Translations under genes and position numbers: made by a program
From: an uncultured Chloroflexia bacterium
GTDB taxonomy: Bacteria; Chloroflexota; Limnocylindria; QHBO01
Assembly: GCA_963825525.1 (NCBI GenBank)
Contig: CAWGTN010000002.1
Span: 1 to 64,000, forward strand
Length of the DNA: 64,000 bases
Reading direction: 5' to 3'
Notes under the pieces: model-generated
What the model was told of the DNA's origin: nothing
The model's input: the letters and a program-made list of their open reading frames with translations, nothing else
Database searches by the model: none
Shown here: in pieces, positions 22,965 to 31,723 of the stretch
Position numbering within the stretch: position 1 is the first letter of the stretch
Layout of the letters: each line of letters opens with the position of its first letter

Positions 22965-23541
22965 GCCGACCGGCCGGCGCCGCGGCGCTCCCGCCGCGCC
23001 GCGGATCGGCAACCTCGACGCGCTGGCCGGCCACGGCCAGGTGGAGCTGAGCGGCGCGGCGCTCGAGGTCGCCCAGGCCGGCCTCGCGGCCTGCGACGCC
23101 GGCAGCGCGGCGGCCGACGCGGTGCGCTCGGCGACGCGGGCATCGTCGACGGCGGCGCCAGTACGCGCTCGACCGGACGCCCGGGTCGTCGTCGTCGGCG
23201 CCGGCAAGGCGACCTTCGCGATCGCCGCGGCGCTCGAGGCGCGGCTCGGCGAGCGGATCGACGCCGGCCTGATCGCCGTCCGCGGCGACCAGGAGACGAC
23301 GCCGCTGGGCGATCGAGGTCGCGGTCGCCGACCATCCGCTGCCGAGCGAGCGCAGCGCGCGCCGTCGCCGCGCGCCTGCTGGCGATGGTCGAGCCGCTCG
23401 GCGACCGACGACCTCGTCCTCGCCTGCTTCACCGGCGGCAGCTCGGCGCTCGCCAGCCTGCCCCCGGCCGGCGTCTCGGTCGCCGAGAAGCGCGCCCTGC
23501 ACGAGCTGCTGCTCGCCTCCGGAATCGGGATCGTGGAGGTG
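22954..23541 (+). CDS. Glycerate 2-kinase (DUF4147/MOFRL family), N-terminal part only, cut at junction
   Basis: [35 protein letters not shown] and then abrupt loss of homology. Confidence 0.85.
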
Positions 23542-24742
23542 ACCCATCAGCACCCCGCCGGTGCACACGCTCGGCTTGACCGGCTCGCAAACCCCGAAGC
23601 AGACCGCCGGGCACGCAACCCCGGGGCCGCCACCGCAACCCTGGCAATCACCCCGCTCGGTCGAGCAGCGCGTGCCCTGCGGACAGCTGGAGCTGGAGGT
23701 GCAGCGGTCAATCGGCTGCGGGCCGCCCTTCTTCACACAGGTGCCATGGCAGCTGGTGGGACAAGGCTGGCCCGGGGCGCAGGTCGGGTTGCCGGTGCAC
23801 ATGCCCATCTCGGTCGAGCAGATCAGGCCCGCGCCACATTGCTCGCTGCTGTTGCACCAGCCGCCGTCGCTGATCGGGACGCAGCGGGCTTGCGGCGGGT
23901 AGCTCTCGAGCTCGACACAGGTGTAGCCGGGGCCGCACAGGACGGCTGCACACGAGCTGGGGTAGGGCAGCCCACCGCAGCGGGGGACGATGTCCTGGTG
24001 CTGGAAGCTGACCGACGTGGTCTTCTGCGCGGGGAACTTCACCAGCACGTACGGGGCATTCATGCGCGGCCCGGGCGGCGGCGGCAGATCCGGCGCAGGT
24101 GGCACCGGCGTCGTCGGATAACTTGGGCGGCACGCTCATCGGGGCGGCCTGGCCTGGGGTGGGGGTCGGGGCGCCGAGCGAGCCGCCGGCACCGGCTGCA
24201 CCGCCCGCACCGGAAGAGCTGGACCCCGTGCCCATGCCCGTGGTCCCGGGGCCACCGTCGGCGACCGGCACCGTCGGCGCACAGGGTGGAACCGGCGCGG
24301 AGCGGGTGGTCACGACGTGCAACACGGAGCCGCTGACCCCGACCACGTTGACATCGGCGCTGGAGCCGACGTGTTTGCCGCCGGTGGCGTAAAAGACCAC
24401 CCATTCGCGCCCGAGGTCGACGCCCTTGGGTGCGGGGTGCCCGAAGTACTCTTCATAGGCTTGCGCCGACGTGATCAGCGCGCGGGTCTCGCTGCCCGCG
24501 CGTGCGCCGACTTCGTCATGGAAGCGTTCGACCACCAGGCGGGCACCGCACGGTGCCTGGGCTTCACCCGGCCATGCCTGCACGGTGCCGGAGACCTCGT
24601 GGGCAACGTCGGGAGCGGGCGGCTCGGTCTCCGAGGGCGGGACCGCGGCGCAGCTGGCGGCGAGCGCAAGGCCGACCAGCGACACGGTGAGACGGCGGGC
24701 TGCGGGGGGCTGGACCGGTGAGTCGGAGCGCGTGCTTGTCAT
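23542..24742 (-). CDS. Putative secreted lipoprotein with PrcB-like N-domain, Gly/Pro linker and Cys-rich repeats (frameshift near 24115; 3' truncated)
   Basis: Signal ...LALAASC; repeats CxxxxxCxxGxxCSTExGxC...CPxxCxGxC. Confidence 0.7.
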
Positions 24743-25040
24743 GGCAACCTCGTGTGGCTAGGGGAGAAGCGCGGCGGTGTGTGGCTCACCGCCGGAACCA
24801 CCCGCAACGCAAGCCCCGGACCAACCCCAATCAAGCCCGCGCATTCACGCGAACCCGCGGGAAATCGCGAACTTTCTCGATCCGCGGTGTGGGCGACCAC
24901 AGGAAGGGCGCGGCCGCCCTTCAGCAATTTGAGGGGGACGGGGCGACGACGCATTGGTTGGTCGCCGGTGCTTCGCGCGGGCACCGACGCGCCACGACCA
25001 GTCGGCGGATGGACGCGCGGTGTGTATCATGCGGGCGGCC

Positions 25041-25955
25041 ATGACAGTGCGATCGTCAGCGACGGCGTCCGCGGGTCCCGGGCGGGGGCTGGCGGCGGTG
25101 CGGGAAAAGCATGCGCAGGGGAACCGGCGGTCGAAGGATGACTGGGAGCTTTATCGGGCGCACCGCCAGCGGCTGAGCGCGGTCATCGATTGCTTGGGGG
25201 CCGAGGCCGGGGGCGGGGCCTTGGTGTTGCTGGGCGCGGGCAATTGCAACGACGTCGACCTCGAGGGCCTGGTGGCGGGTTTTTCGTCGATTCACCTGGT
25301 CGACATCGACGCCGGGGCCCTCGATCGCGCGCGGGCCCGGCTGTCACCGGCGGTGCGGGCGCGGACGGTTGCGCACGGCGGGATCGATCTGACCGGACTG
25401 CTTGGCCAGATCGAGAAGAGTCGCGGGCGGGCGCTCGATGGCGCCTGGGTCGAGCAGGCGATCGAGGCGGGCGTGCGCGGGCTGGCGTCGGCGCTGCCGA
25501 CCGGCCAGGCCAGCGTGGTGGTGTCGTGCTGTCTGCTCAGCCAGCTGGGCTGGAGCCTGGAGGAGGCGGCCGGCGGCGACGAGGAACGCGGCATGCGGCT
25601 GCGTGTCGCCGCGTTGACCGTGCATCTGCGCACCCTGGCCGCCCTGTGCCGGCCGGCCACCGCCCAGACGCGGGCGGGCAGCGCGCTGGTGGCGGCCGAC
25701 ATCGTGTCTTCTGATCTGTACCCGCTCGACGAGGTGCCGCCCGGGGCTGACCTGCGCGCCCTGGCGGCCGAGCTGATCCCGCGCCAGGAGATCGTCTACG
25801 CGGCCGCCAACCCGGTGCTGCTGTCCCGCCTGGTCCGTCGCGAGCTGGCCCTCAAGGATTGTTTCGCCCCGCCCGAGATCCTCGAGCCCTGGCTGTGGAC
25901 CGGGCAGTTCGAGCGCACGTACCTGGTCTACCCGCAGCTGCTGCGCCGGCTGTGA
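25041..25955 (+). CDS. Uncharacterised SAM-dependent methyltransferase-fold protein
   Basis: LLGAGNCNDVDL, IHLVDID, GIDLTG, VVSCCLLSQL. Confidence 0.65.
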   Translation: MTVRSSATASAGPGRGLAAVREKHAQGNRRSKDDWELYRAHRQRLSAVIDCLGAEAGGGALVLLGAGNCNDVDLEGLVAGFSSIHLVDIDAGALDRARARLSPAVRARTVAHGGIDLTGLLGQIEKSRGRALDGAWVEQAIEAGVRGLASALPTGQASVVVSCCLLSQLGWSLEEAAGGDEERGMRLRVAALTVHLRTLAALCRPATAQTRAGSALVAADIVSSDLYPLDEVPPGADLRALAAELIPRQEIVYAAANPVLLSRLVRRELALKDCFAPPEILEPWLWTGQFERTYLVYPQLLRRL

Positions 25956-26021
25956 CGGTCGCGCCGCGGGGGCTGCTTCGTCCCGCCGCGCGCGCCACCG
26001 CGGTATAGAATGCCGGGCTTC

Positions 26022-27347
26022 ATGATTCCTCGTCTTGCCTTGACCGACGCGCGTGGGGCGGCCGCGCTGCTGCTGGTGCAACGTGCGATCGATTGGTACA
26101 TCGCCGAGGCCGCGACCGCGGAGAGTCCGCCGATCTCGGCCGCGGATGCGGGCGCGCTGCGCGCGGTGCTGGCGGGCACCGGCACCTGGCGGCCCGAGCT
26201 GTTCGAATCGGCTGATCACCTTTGGGCAGGCGATGTACAAGCTGACCGAGATGGGCCACGGTCCCGGCAGCACCGTGGCCGACGGGTTGACGGCGCTGGG
26301 CACCGTCGACGTGATGGACCCCGCCGTCGCCGCGGACCTGCGCTGGCAGTTCGATCCGAAGGTCGACGCGCAGGTCTTTGCCAAGCTGGAATTCCGCGAG
26401 ACCTCGGTCGGGATCGAAAAGGCCCAGCGCGAGAACCGCGAAGGCTGGTGGGCCCACGCCCAGCGCAACCGCGCGTTCATCCTGGATGCGGTCAAGGATC
26501 TGCCGCGCCGCCGGCACGTGCTGGTGCTGGGCGCCGGCAGTCCCTTCGATCTGCCGCTGGCCGATCTGGCGCGGCAGTTCGAGCGCATCACCCTGGTCGA
26601 CATCGACGAGGCGGCGCTGGCCGCCACGGTCAAGCTGGTCTGGAAGGATCCGGCCGAGCGGGCCCGCATCAGCACCCGGACCCTGGACTTGACCGGCATC
26701 AACAGCGCGCTGGTGCAGCGGGTGGACGAGGTCCTGGCGGCCCCGGCAGCCGGCCCCGACGAGGCCGAAGCGCGCATGAGCCGCCTCTGTCGCTCCTACC
26801 GCCTGCCCACGCCCCTCGCCTGGACCACCGGTGGCAGCGAGGAGGCTGGCGACAACCACCGCCCCGATCTGTGATCTCCAGCTGCGTGATCAGCCAGCTG
26901 GCCTGGCCGCAGCGAACCTATGCGGAACGCGGCTTCGAGGCGCGTTTTGGCCCGCTGACCGCCGCCATCGAGGCGCGCTGGTCCACCGCCTGGACCGAGC
27001 TGGCGTTGCGGGTGCAACAGGATCACATCAATGCGCTCGGCGACACCGCCGACGTGGTGGTGTTGACCTCCGACGTGGTCAGCCACCGCACCCGGCTGGA
27101 TGCTGCGGGCACCGAGCGCGACACGGGACGCAAGGCCTTGCCCCTGGGTGTGGGGGGCCTGCGCGAACGAATTCCCTCGTCGTACCAGGTGGGCCGCCAT
27201 GCCCTGTGGCAGTGGAGCCGCTATCGCCCCAACCGCAAAGGCACCGAAGGCTCACGCATGGACGTCGAAGGGGTGGTGTTGCGGCCCGCGGCGGCCGCCG
27301 GCCCCACCCAGACCGCGTCGGGGTTGTGGCTGCCCGGGCCGGGCTAG
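26022..27347 (+). CDS. Paralogous methyltransferase-fold protein with N-terminal extension (frameshifted)
   Basis: VLGAGSPFDLPL, ITLVDID, LDLTG, VISSCVISQL across frames. Confidence 0.6.
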   Translation: MIPRLALTDARGAAALLLVQRAIDWYIAEAATAESPPISAADAGALRAVLAGTGTWRPELFESADHLWAGDVQADRDGPRSRQHRGRRVDGAGHRRRDGPRRRRGPALAVRSEGRRAGLCQAGIPRDLGRDRKGPAREPRRLVGPRPAQPRVHPGCGQGSAAPPARAGAGRRQSLRSAAGRSGAAVRAHHPGRHRRGGAGRHGQAGLEGSGRAGPHQHPDPGLDRHQQRAGAAGGRGPGGPGSRPRRGRSAHEPPLSLLPPAHAPRLDHRWQRGGWRQPPPRSVISSCVISQLAWPQRTYAERGFEARFGPLTAAIEARWSTAWTELALRVQQDHINALGDTADVVVLTSDVVSHRTRLDAAGTERDTGRKALPLGVGGLRERIPSSYQVGRHALWQWSRYRPNRKGTEGSRMDVEGVVLRPAAAAGPTQTASGLWLPGPG

Positions 27348-27431
27348 CGCCACCCAACCCGAATCCATCGACCGGGGCGAGTGCCACAGCGTTGCGGCGT
27401 CGCTGCCGGCCACCTGAGCTAGATTGGATTC

Positions 27432-27797
27432 GTGGACAAAGTTTCCTCGGGCCAGCTCCGCGCTCTCGGCGAAGTCCTCTTGGCGACCGCGGGACGGGCT
27501 GCGGTCCGGCGGGGACTGCCGCTCTACTCCGCCATCTTCATTGTCGCTGTCGTGATCTTCTACGGCCGCTACGCGATGAAGGCCAGCGAGCTCGTGGACT
27601 TGCGCGGCAGTCGGCCGGGTTCCGCGGCGTCTTGCTCCTCGCCTGGGCGAGATCATCCGCGAGCGGAGGGCCGCGGGTCGCGGGACCCTGCTTGCCAGCA
27701 ACGATGCCGCCTTCGTCCGCGACGTGGGCGGCACCGGCTACCGCATCGTGGAGGGCGCCTGATCGAGGTTTCGGCCACGGCCACAAACCCGGCGTGA
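27432..27797 (+). pseudogene. Fused fragments: membrane protein N-terminus joined to an ABC-ATPase-like C-terminal tail
   Basis: LYSAIFIVAVVIFY, then from ~27648 EIIRERRAAGRGTLLASNDAAFVRDVGGTGYRIVEG (H-loop-region-like). Confidence 0.45.
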
Positions 27798-27800
27798 GGG

Positions 27801-28920
27801 CTACTCGGGCAGGACGCTGAGATCGCTGGCGCCGCCGCGCTGGTCGATGTCGTAGCGGTTGTGCGCGGAGGCGTAGTCGGGGGATTCCCAGCGGAGGTCG
27901 CCGCCGACCGCGCCCAGGTGCAGGCGGTCGACGGTGAGCGAGCTGGCGCCGCCACGGGCGAGGAAGCGGAAGGGGATGCCGGCGGGGACGGTCACGCGCA
28001 GCTTGCTGGCGCCGCCGCGGAAGCTGACCGGGACGGTGCCGGCGGGTGGCGGCAGGCGCACGCCGACGTCGCTGGCCCCGCCGACGATCTCGCAGCCGGC
28101 CAGGCGCAGCCGGCGCAGGTCGGCGTCGACCTTCGAGGCGCCGCGCAGACGCACGGTCCACGGGATGCGCTCGCTCAGCAGCAGCTCGCCGGGCTCGCTG
28201 CCGAAGAATCCGGCCAGGCTCGTCGCTGCAACACGGTGACCTGGCCGCCCTCGACGCTGACGCGGGTGGCGCGCGGGAAGCGCGCCCGGTAGAGCAGCTC
28301 GTCGTCGCAAGCGCCGATGGTGACCATCGCCGCGCCACGCGTGAAGTCGAGCCGGCCCTCCTGGAGGTGGCCGAGCGGCGCTGACGAGATGGTCGTGGTG
28401 CCCTCGGCGGCGCGCGCGCTCGTGGCCGCGGCGCCCGGCGTTCGGCCACGCAGGCGATCGGCCTCCTCGGTGAGCAGCGTCGTGGCGCGGCCGACGAAGT
28501 CGCGGATGGTCGCCACCTGGTCGCCGCTGTAGCGCGCGTACAGCTCGTTCCAGGCGCGGCCGACGGCCGAAGATGTCGGCGAGCTCGCGCGCGCGCTCGT
28601 CGATCACGCGCACGATCACCTGACGGCGATCCTGCGGATGCTCTCGCGGCGGATGAGTCCGGCCTTCTCCAGGCGATCGAGCACGCCGGTGATCGCGCCG
28701 GTGGTCAGCCCGGTCAGCTCGGCGAGTGGCCGGCGGTCACCGGCTGCGTGGCCGACGCGCGGTAGACGTAGTCGAGGCACTTCTGGTCGGTAAGCCCGAT
28801 GCCCAGGCGATCGGCCACCGCCTGGTGGAACAGCACCGTGCGCGCGCTCAGCTCGCGGCCGAGATCCTCGCCCGTGCCGATGCCGTCGGCCGGCGCGGTT
28901 GGGTCGTCGTTGTCAGGCAT
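27801..28920 (-). CDS. MarR-family regulator fused to a repetitive beta-strand C-terminal domain (frameshifted)
   Basis: FHQAVADRLGIGLTDQKCLD...LAELTGLTTGAITGVLDRLEKAG...DRR; C-terminal repeats RGASK/GGASD/GGASK/GGASS/GGASD. Confidence 0.75.
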
Positions 28921-28932
28921 GGTCGAACATTT

Positions 28933-28949
28933 ATCTCATTCAATGAGAT
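28933..28949. promoter_or_regulatory. Candidate MarR autoregulatory operator
   Basis: Perfect inverted repeat ATCTCATT-C-AATGAGAT 12 nt upstream of the MarR ATG. Confidence 0.65.
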
Positions 28950-29172
28950 GCATGAAGTCGAGCAATCTGCCGACCACGGCGAACCAGAACCGCTGCGGCA
29001 GGCCCGCCTCATCTTTCGGATGCTCGAGGCTGCGTCCGGCGTGATTCGGTACGCGTGGATTGGTGGGGACCATGGCTACGGGGACGACGTCGAGCCCTGG
29101 AGCTCCCTGGGGGGCCAAACGATGGGCATGCTCCCGACACTTCGCGAGTTCGTCGCGTCAGTTCCCGAATAA
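28948..29172 (+). CDS. Probable 3' fragment of a hypothetical protein (5' end lost at junction)
   Basis: Open frame ...LPTLREFVASVPE* ending immediately before the first 36-nt repeat. Confidence 0.4.
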   Translation: MHEVEQSADHGEPEPLRQARLIFRMLEAASGVIRYAWIGGDHGYGDDVEPWSSLGGQTMGMLPTLREFVASVPE

Positions 29173-29175
29173 TCC

Positions 29176-29212
29176 CGTGGCGCCACAGTTGGCAGTGGCG
29201 CAAGCGCCACTC
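29176..29212 (+). repeat. Cassette-boundary repeat R1
   Basis: CGTGGCGCCACAGTTGGCAGTGGCGCAAGCGCCACTC; perfect hairpin AGTGGCGC-AA-GCGCCACT; starts 3 nt after TAA. Confidence 0.75.
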
Positions 29213-29252
29213 GATCACCAAGGCGCCGCGAGGGCTTGGTGTACGTCGCCGC

Positions 29253-29576
29253 ATGCGCCGACGAATCGCGGTGGGACCCGTGCTTGCGGTCTTTGTGCTG
29301 GCGCTTGCCGGGTGTTTGGTGTGGAAGCCGCGTAACACTGACGGCGTGATGATTGTGAACGCGACGTCCGAAACGGTGACCGTCGTCGTGTTGTATCCCT
29401 CTGGAGAGAGCGATCTCGTGACGTACCGCCCTGGAGAGTCGTCAGTAGAGAACAACATGCTCAACGCGGCCGACGGCTGCACGCGATTCGCGATGGTTGC
29501 TCGGGCCAGGACGGGCGCGAGCTCGATCGACAGCCAACTCCGATCTCGTTGATGACGAGTGGCGCATCGAGGGTAA
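29253..29576 (+). CDS. Small lipoprotein, paralog of 34771-35103 (frameshift near 3' end)
   Basis: Lipobox LAGC; shares SETVTVVVLYP...TYRPGESSVENNML...GCTRF.MVAR...EWRI with the paralog. Confidence 0.75.
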
Positions 29577-29577
29577 C

Positions 29578-29613
29578 CGTGGGTCAAACTTGACAGTGGC
29601 GTAAGCGCCACTG
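29578..29613 (+). repeat. Cassette-boundary repeat R2
   Basis: CGTGGGTCAAACTTGACAGTGGCGTAAGCGCCACTG; hairpin CAGTGGCG-TAAG-CGCCACTG; starts 1 nt after TAA. Confidence 0.8.
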
Positions 29614-29628
29614 GAGCGCCGCGGCGGG

Positions 29629-30087
29629 TCAGAGGTATCCGGAGAGCCACAACACCAGAGCAAGCCCTCCGAGCCCACCTACGACGGTCAGGACGGAGCT
29701 CCACGACAGGTCCCAGTCCTCGCGACGGTACTTCAGGAAATCGTCATCAACTGATATGGACCCGGACTCTCGCGTGTTGGCCACCTTCGTGATCGCGAAC
29801 CAGGCCAGGAGCAGGCCGCTCGCGAGAAGGAAGCCGCCGTACAGCCACTCCCATCCAGCGCGGCATCCTCGTACCCCGGTGCTGTTGCATTCATAGAACC
29901 CGGTCAGAATTCCGGCGCCGACGAGCATAAAAACGGCCGCGAAGGTGAGGAGAGCATTCCGCTGCCCGATTCGTCGCTGGAGCCATGCTGCGCCCTCGTA
30001 TCCGACGCGGCGCGCCTGCCAGGCGAACCAAAAGAACAAGCGGAAGGGGGCGGAGACCACCCACCAGGCGAATCTGACAATCGGCAC
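29629..30087 (-). CDS. Hypothetical membrane protein
   Basis: 152-aa ORF with several hydrophobic segments; TATTCT 6 nt before the GTG. Confidence 0.65.
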   Translation of the reverse strand: MPIVRFAWWVVSAPFRLFFWFAWQARRVGYEGAAWLQRRIGQRNALLTFAAVFMLVGAGILTGFYECNSTGVRGCRAGWEWLYGGFLLASGLLLAWFAITKVANTRESGSISVDDDFLKYRREDWDLSWSSVLTVVGGLGGLALVLWLSGYL

Positions 30088-30412
30088 GGCCGGAGAATAA
30101 CGCCCGGGACAGGCATGCTCCTACTTGACTGCGCCAACTCGTCGAAGCGCCTGAGGGAGGAACTTAGCAGTGTCCCAAGCGCCGGTCGGAATCCCCGATG
30201 ATCCCCCATGCCAGTGCTACGGTGATCCAATGCGTCGACTCCTTCGGCCCTTGGTCACGGCCGCTCGGCTACCACCCGCCTCGATAAGCGCGTGGTAAGC
30301 GACTCCGCCTAGCATGGGTTGAGCCGTCGCGATCCTCGTCATACCCGCCCGACCGGTGTGACGTACACTCCGCGAGCTCAAGTCCCGAGCCGCTTTGGGG
30401 GAGATCAGCTCG

Positions 30413-31417
30413 ATGTTCATTCGGATCGTTTCGATGGTCGTCCTTGTCCTGCTCTTTGCAGGCGCCGGAGGCTCCGTTCGCGCTGGCTCAGTTGCCAATC
30501 GGCTTGAGGGCATTGATCGGTTCGAAACGGCTCAGCAGATCTACTTGACGCGGTATCCGGGTGGGTCTGTCCCGTTCATTCATGCCGTCTCGGGATTTAG
30601 CTGGCCAGATGCCCTCGTCGCCGGACCCGCCGCCGCGACAAGTAACGGGGTCATGCCAGGAGGCCCCGTCATCCTGACCTCAGAGACCAACAGCAAGTGG
30701 CTTTCGAAGATGGACACGCAGTTCGACCCTGAAGTCGCGTTCGTCGTGGGTGGCGAAAGTGTCATTTCCGCGGCAACGTTCTTCAACATCGAGAATCGGA
30801 CCGTCCAGTTCGAGGCGACCCGCTTGGGCGGACAGGATCGATATGCCACCGCCGCCAAGGTCACCGCAAATGCCTTCCCGGCTGCCGACCGGGTGTTCAT
30901 TGCGTCTGGCGCCAACTTTCCTGACGCGCTCAGTGCGGGAGCGGCGGCCTCGAACTTCAAGGAGCCTCTGCTGTTGGTAGCCCCGAACGCCATCCCAGCG
31001 CCGATTGCTGCGGAGCTGGAGCGGCTCAGCCCTGACACGATCGTGGTCGTCGGAGGCACGGGCGCTATTTCGCCCGGCGTCGCGACGGCGCTTCGCTCCT
31101 ACACGACCTCCCATACGAGCGCTTCTGTGCAGCGGATCGGCGGGGCAGATCGCTACGCCACCGCTGTGGCGGTCTCCCAGCAATTCTTCGCACCGGGGTC
31201 CGGCGAAGTCTTCGTCTCGACCGGTCTTAACTTCCCAGATGCCTTGGTGGCGGCGCCGCTCGGCTCTCCGATCCTTCTCGTTCCCACCACGAATGCGCCA
31301 GCCGCAGTCCTCGACGAGATCGTGCGATTGCAGCGGGGGGTCACCATTCTCGGCGGGTACGGGGCGGTCAGTGCCAACGTCGAGTCACAGATCAACGCGG
31401 CACTTCAGGGCGGCTAA
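30413..31417 (+). CDS. Secreted protein made of three cell-wall-binding repeat 2 (CWB2) motifs
   Basis: Signal peptide; RLEGIDRFETA..PDAL, RLGGQDRYATA..FPDAL, RIGGADRYATA..FPDAL. Confidence 0.85.
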   Translation: MFIRIVSMVVLVLLFAGAGGSVRAGSVANRLEGIDRFETAQQIYLTRYPGGSVPFIHAVSGFSWPDALVAGPAAATSNGVMPGGPVILTSETNSKWLSKMDTQFDPEVAFVVGGESVISAATFFNIENRTVQFEATRLGGQDRYATAAKVTANAFPAADRVFIASGANFPDALSAGAAASNFKEPLLLVAPNAIPAPIAAELERLSPDTIVVVGGTGAISPGVATALRSYTTSHTSASVQRIGGADRYATAVAVSQQFFAPGSGEVFVSTGLNFPDALVAAPLGSPILLVPTTNAPAAVLDEIVRLQRGVTILGGYGAVSANVESQINAALQGG

Positions 31418-31723
31418 GCCTGTTCAACGAGCCTGCGGTGGTCCGTTAGCTCGTGAGCAACCCGCACCGTCAAACTGAGACACTACCCGCGGCCGAGACG
31501 CTGCTCAAGGCTCAGCGACGGGCAAGGTGACCACCTGCCCCATTCTTAAAGTCAGCCCCGACCGATGGGACGACGACGCGCGTAAGCCTCACTCGAAGCC
31601 GCGAAGTTCCGCCCGCGCACGGTCCGGTAGAGTTCCGAGTCTAGCCAGGCGCCGGCCAAGCATGGTTACGCCTACTGCTGCTAAGCCGACGTTTGCACCT
31701 GTCGAAGGGCCAAGTGGTCGGCG

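Noticed and set aside
22954-24336. 460-aa ORF extending glycerate kinase
   Set aside because: Beyond ~23541 it is antisense read-through of an unrelated gene across the junction.
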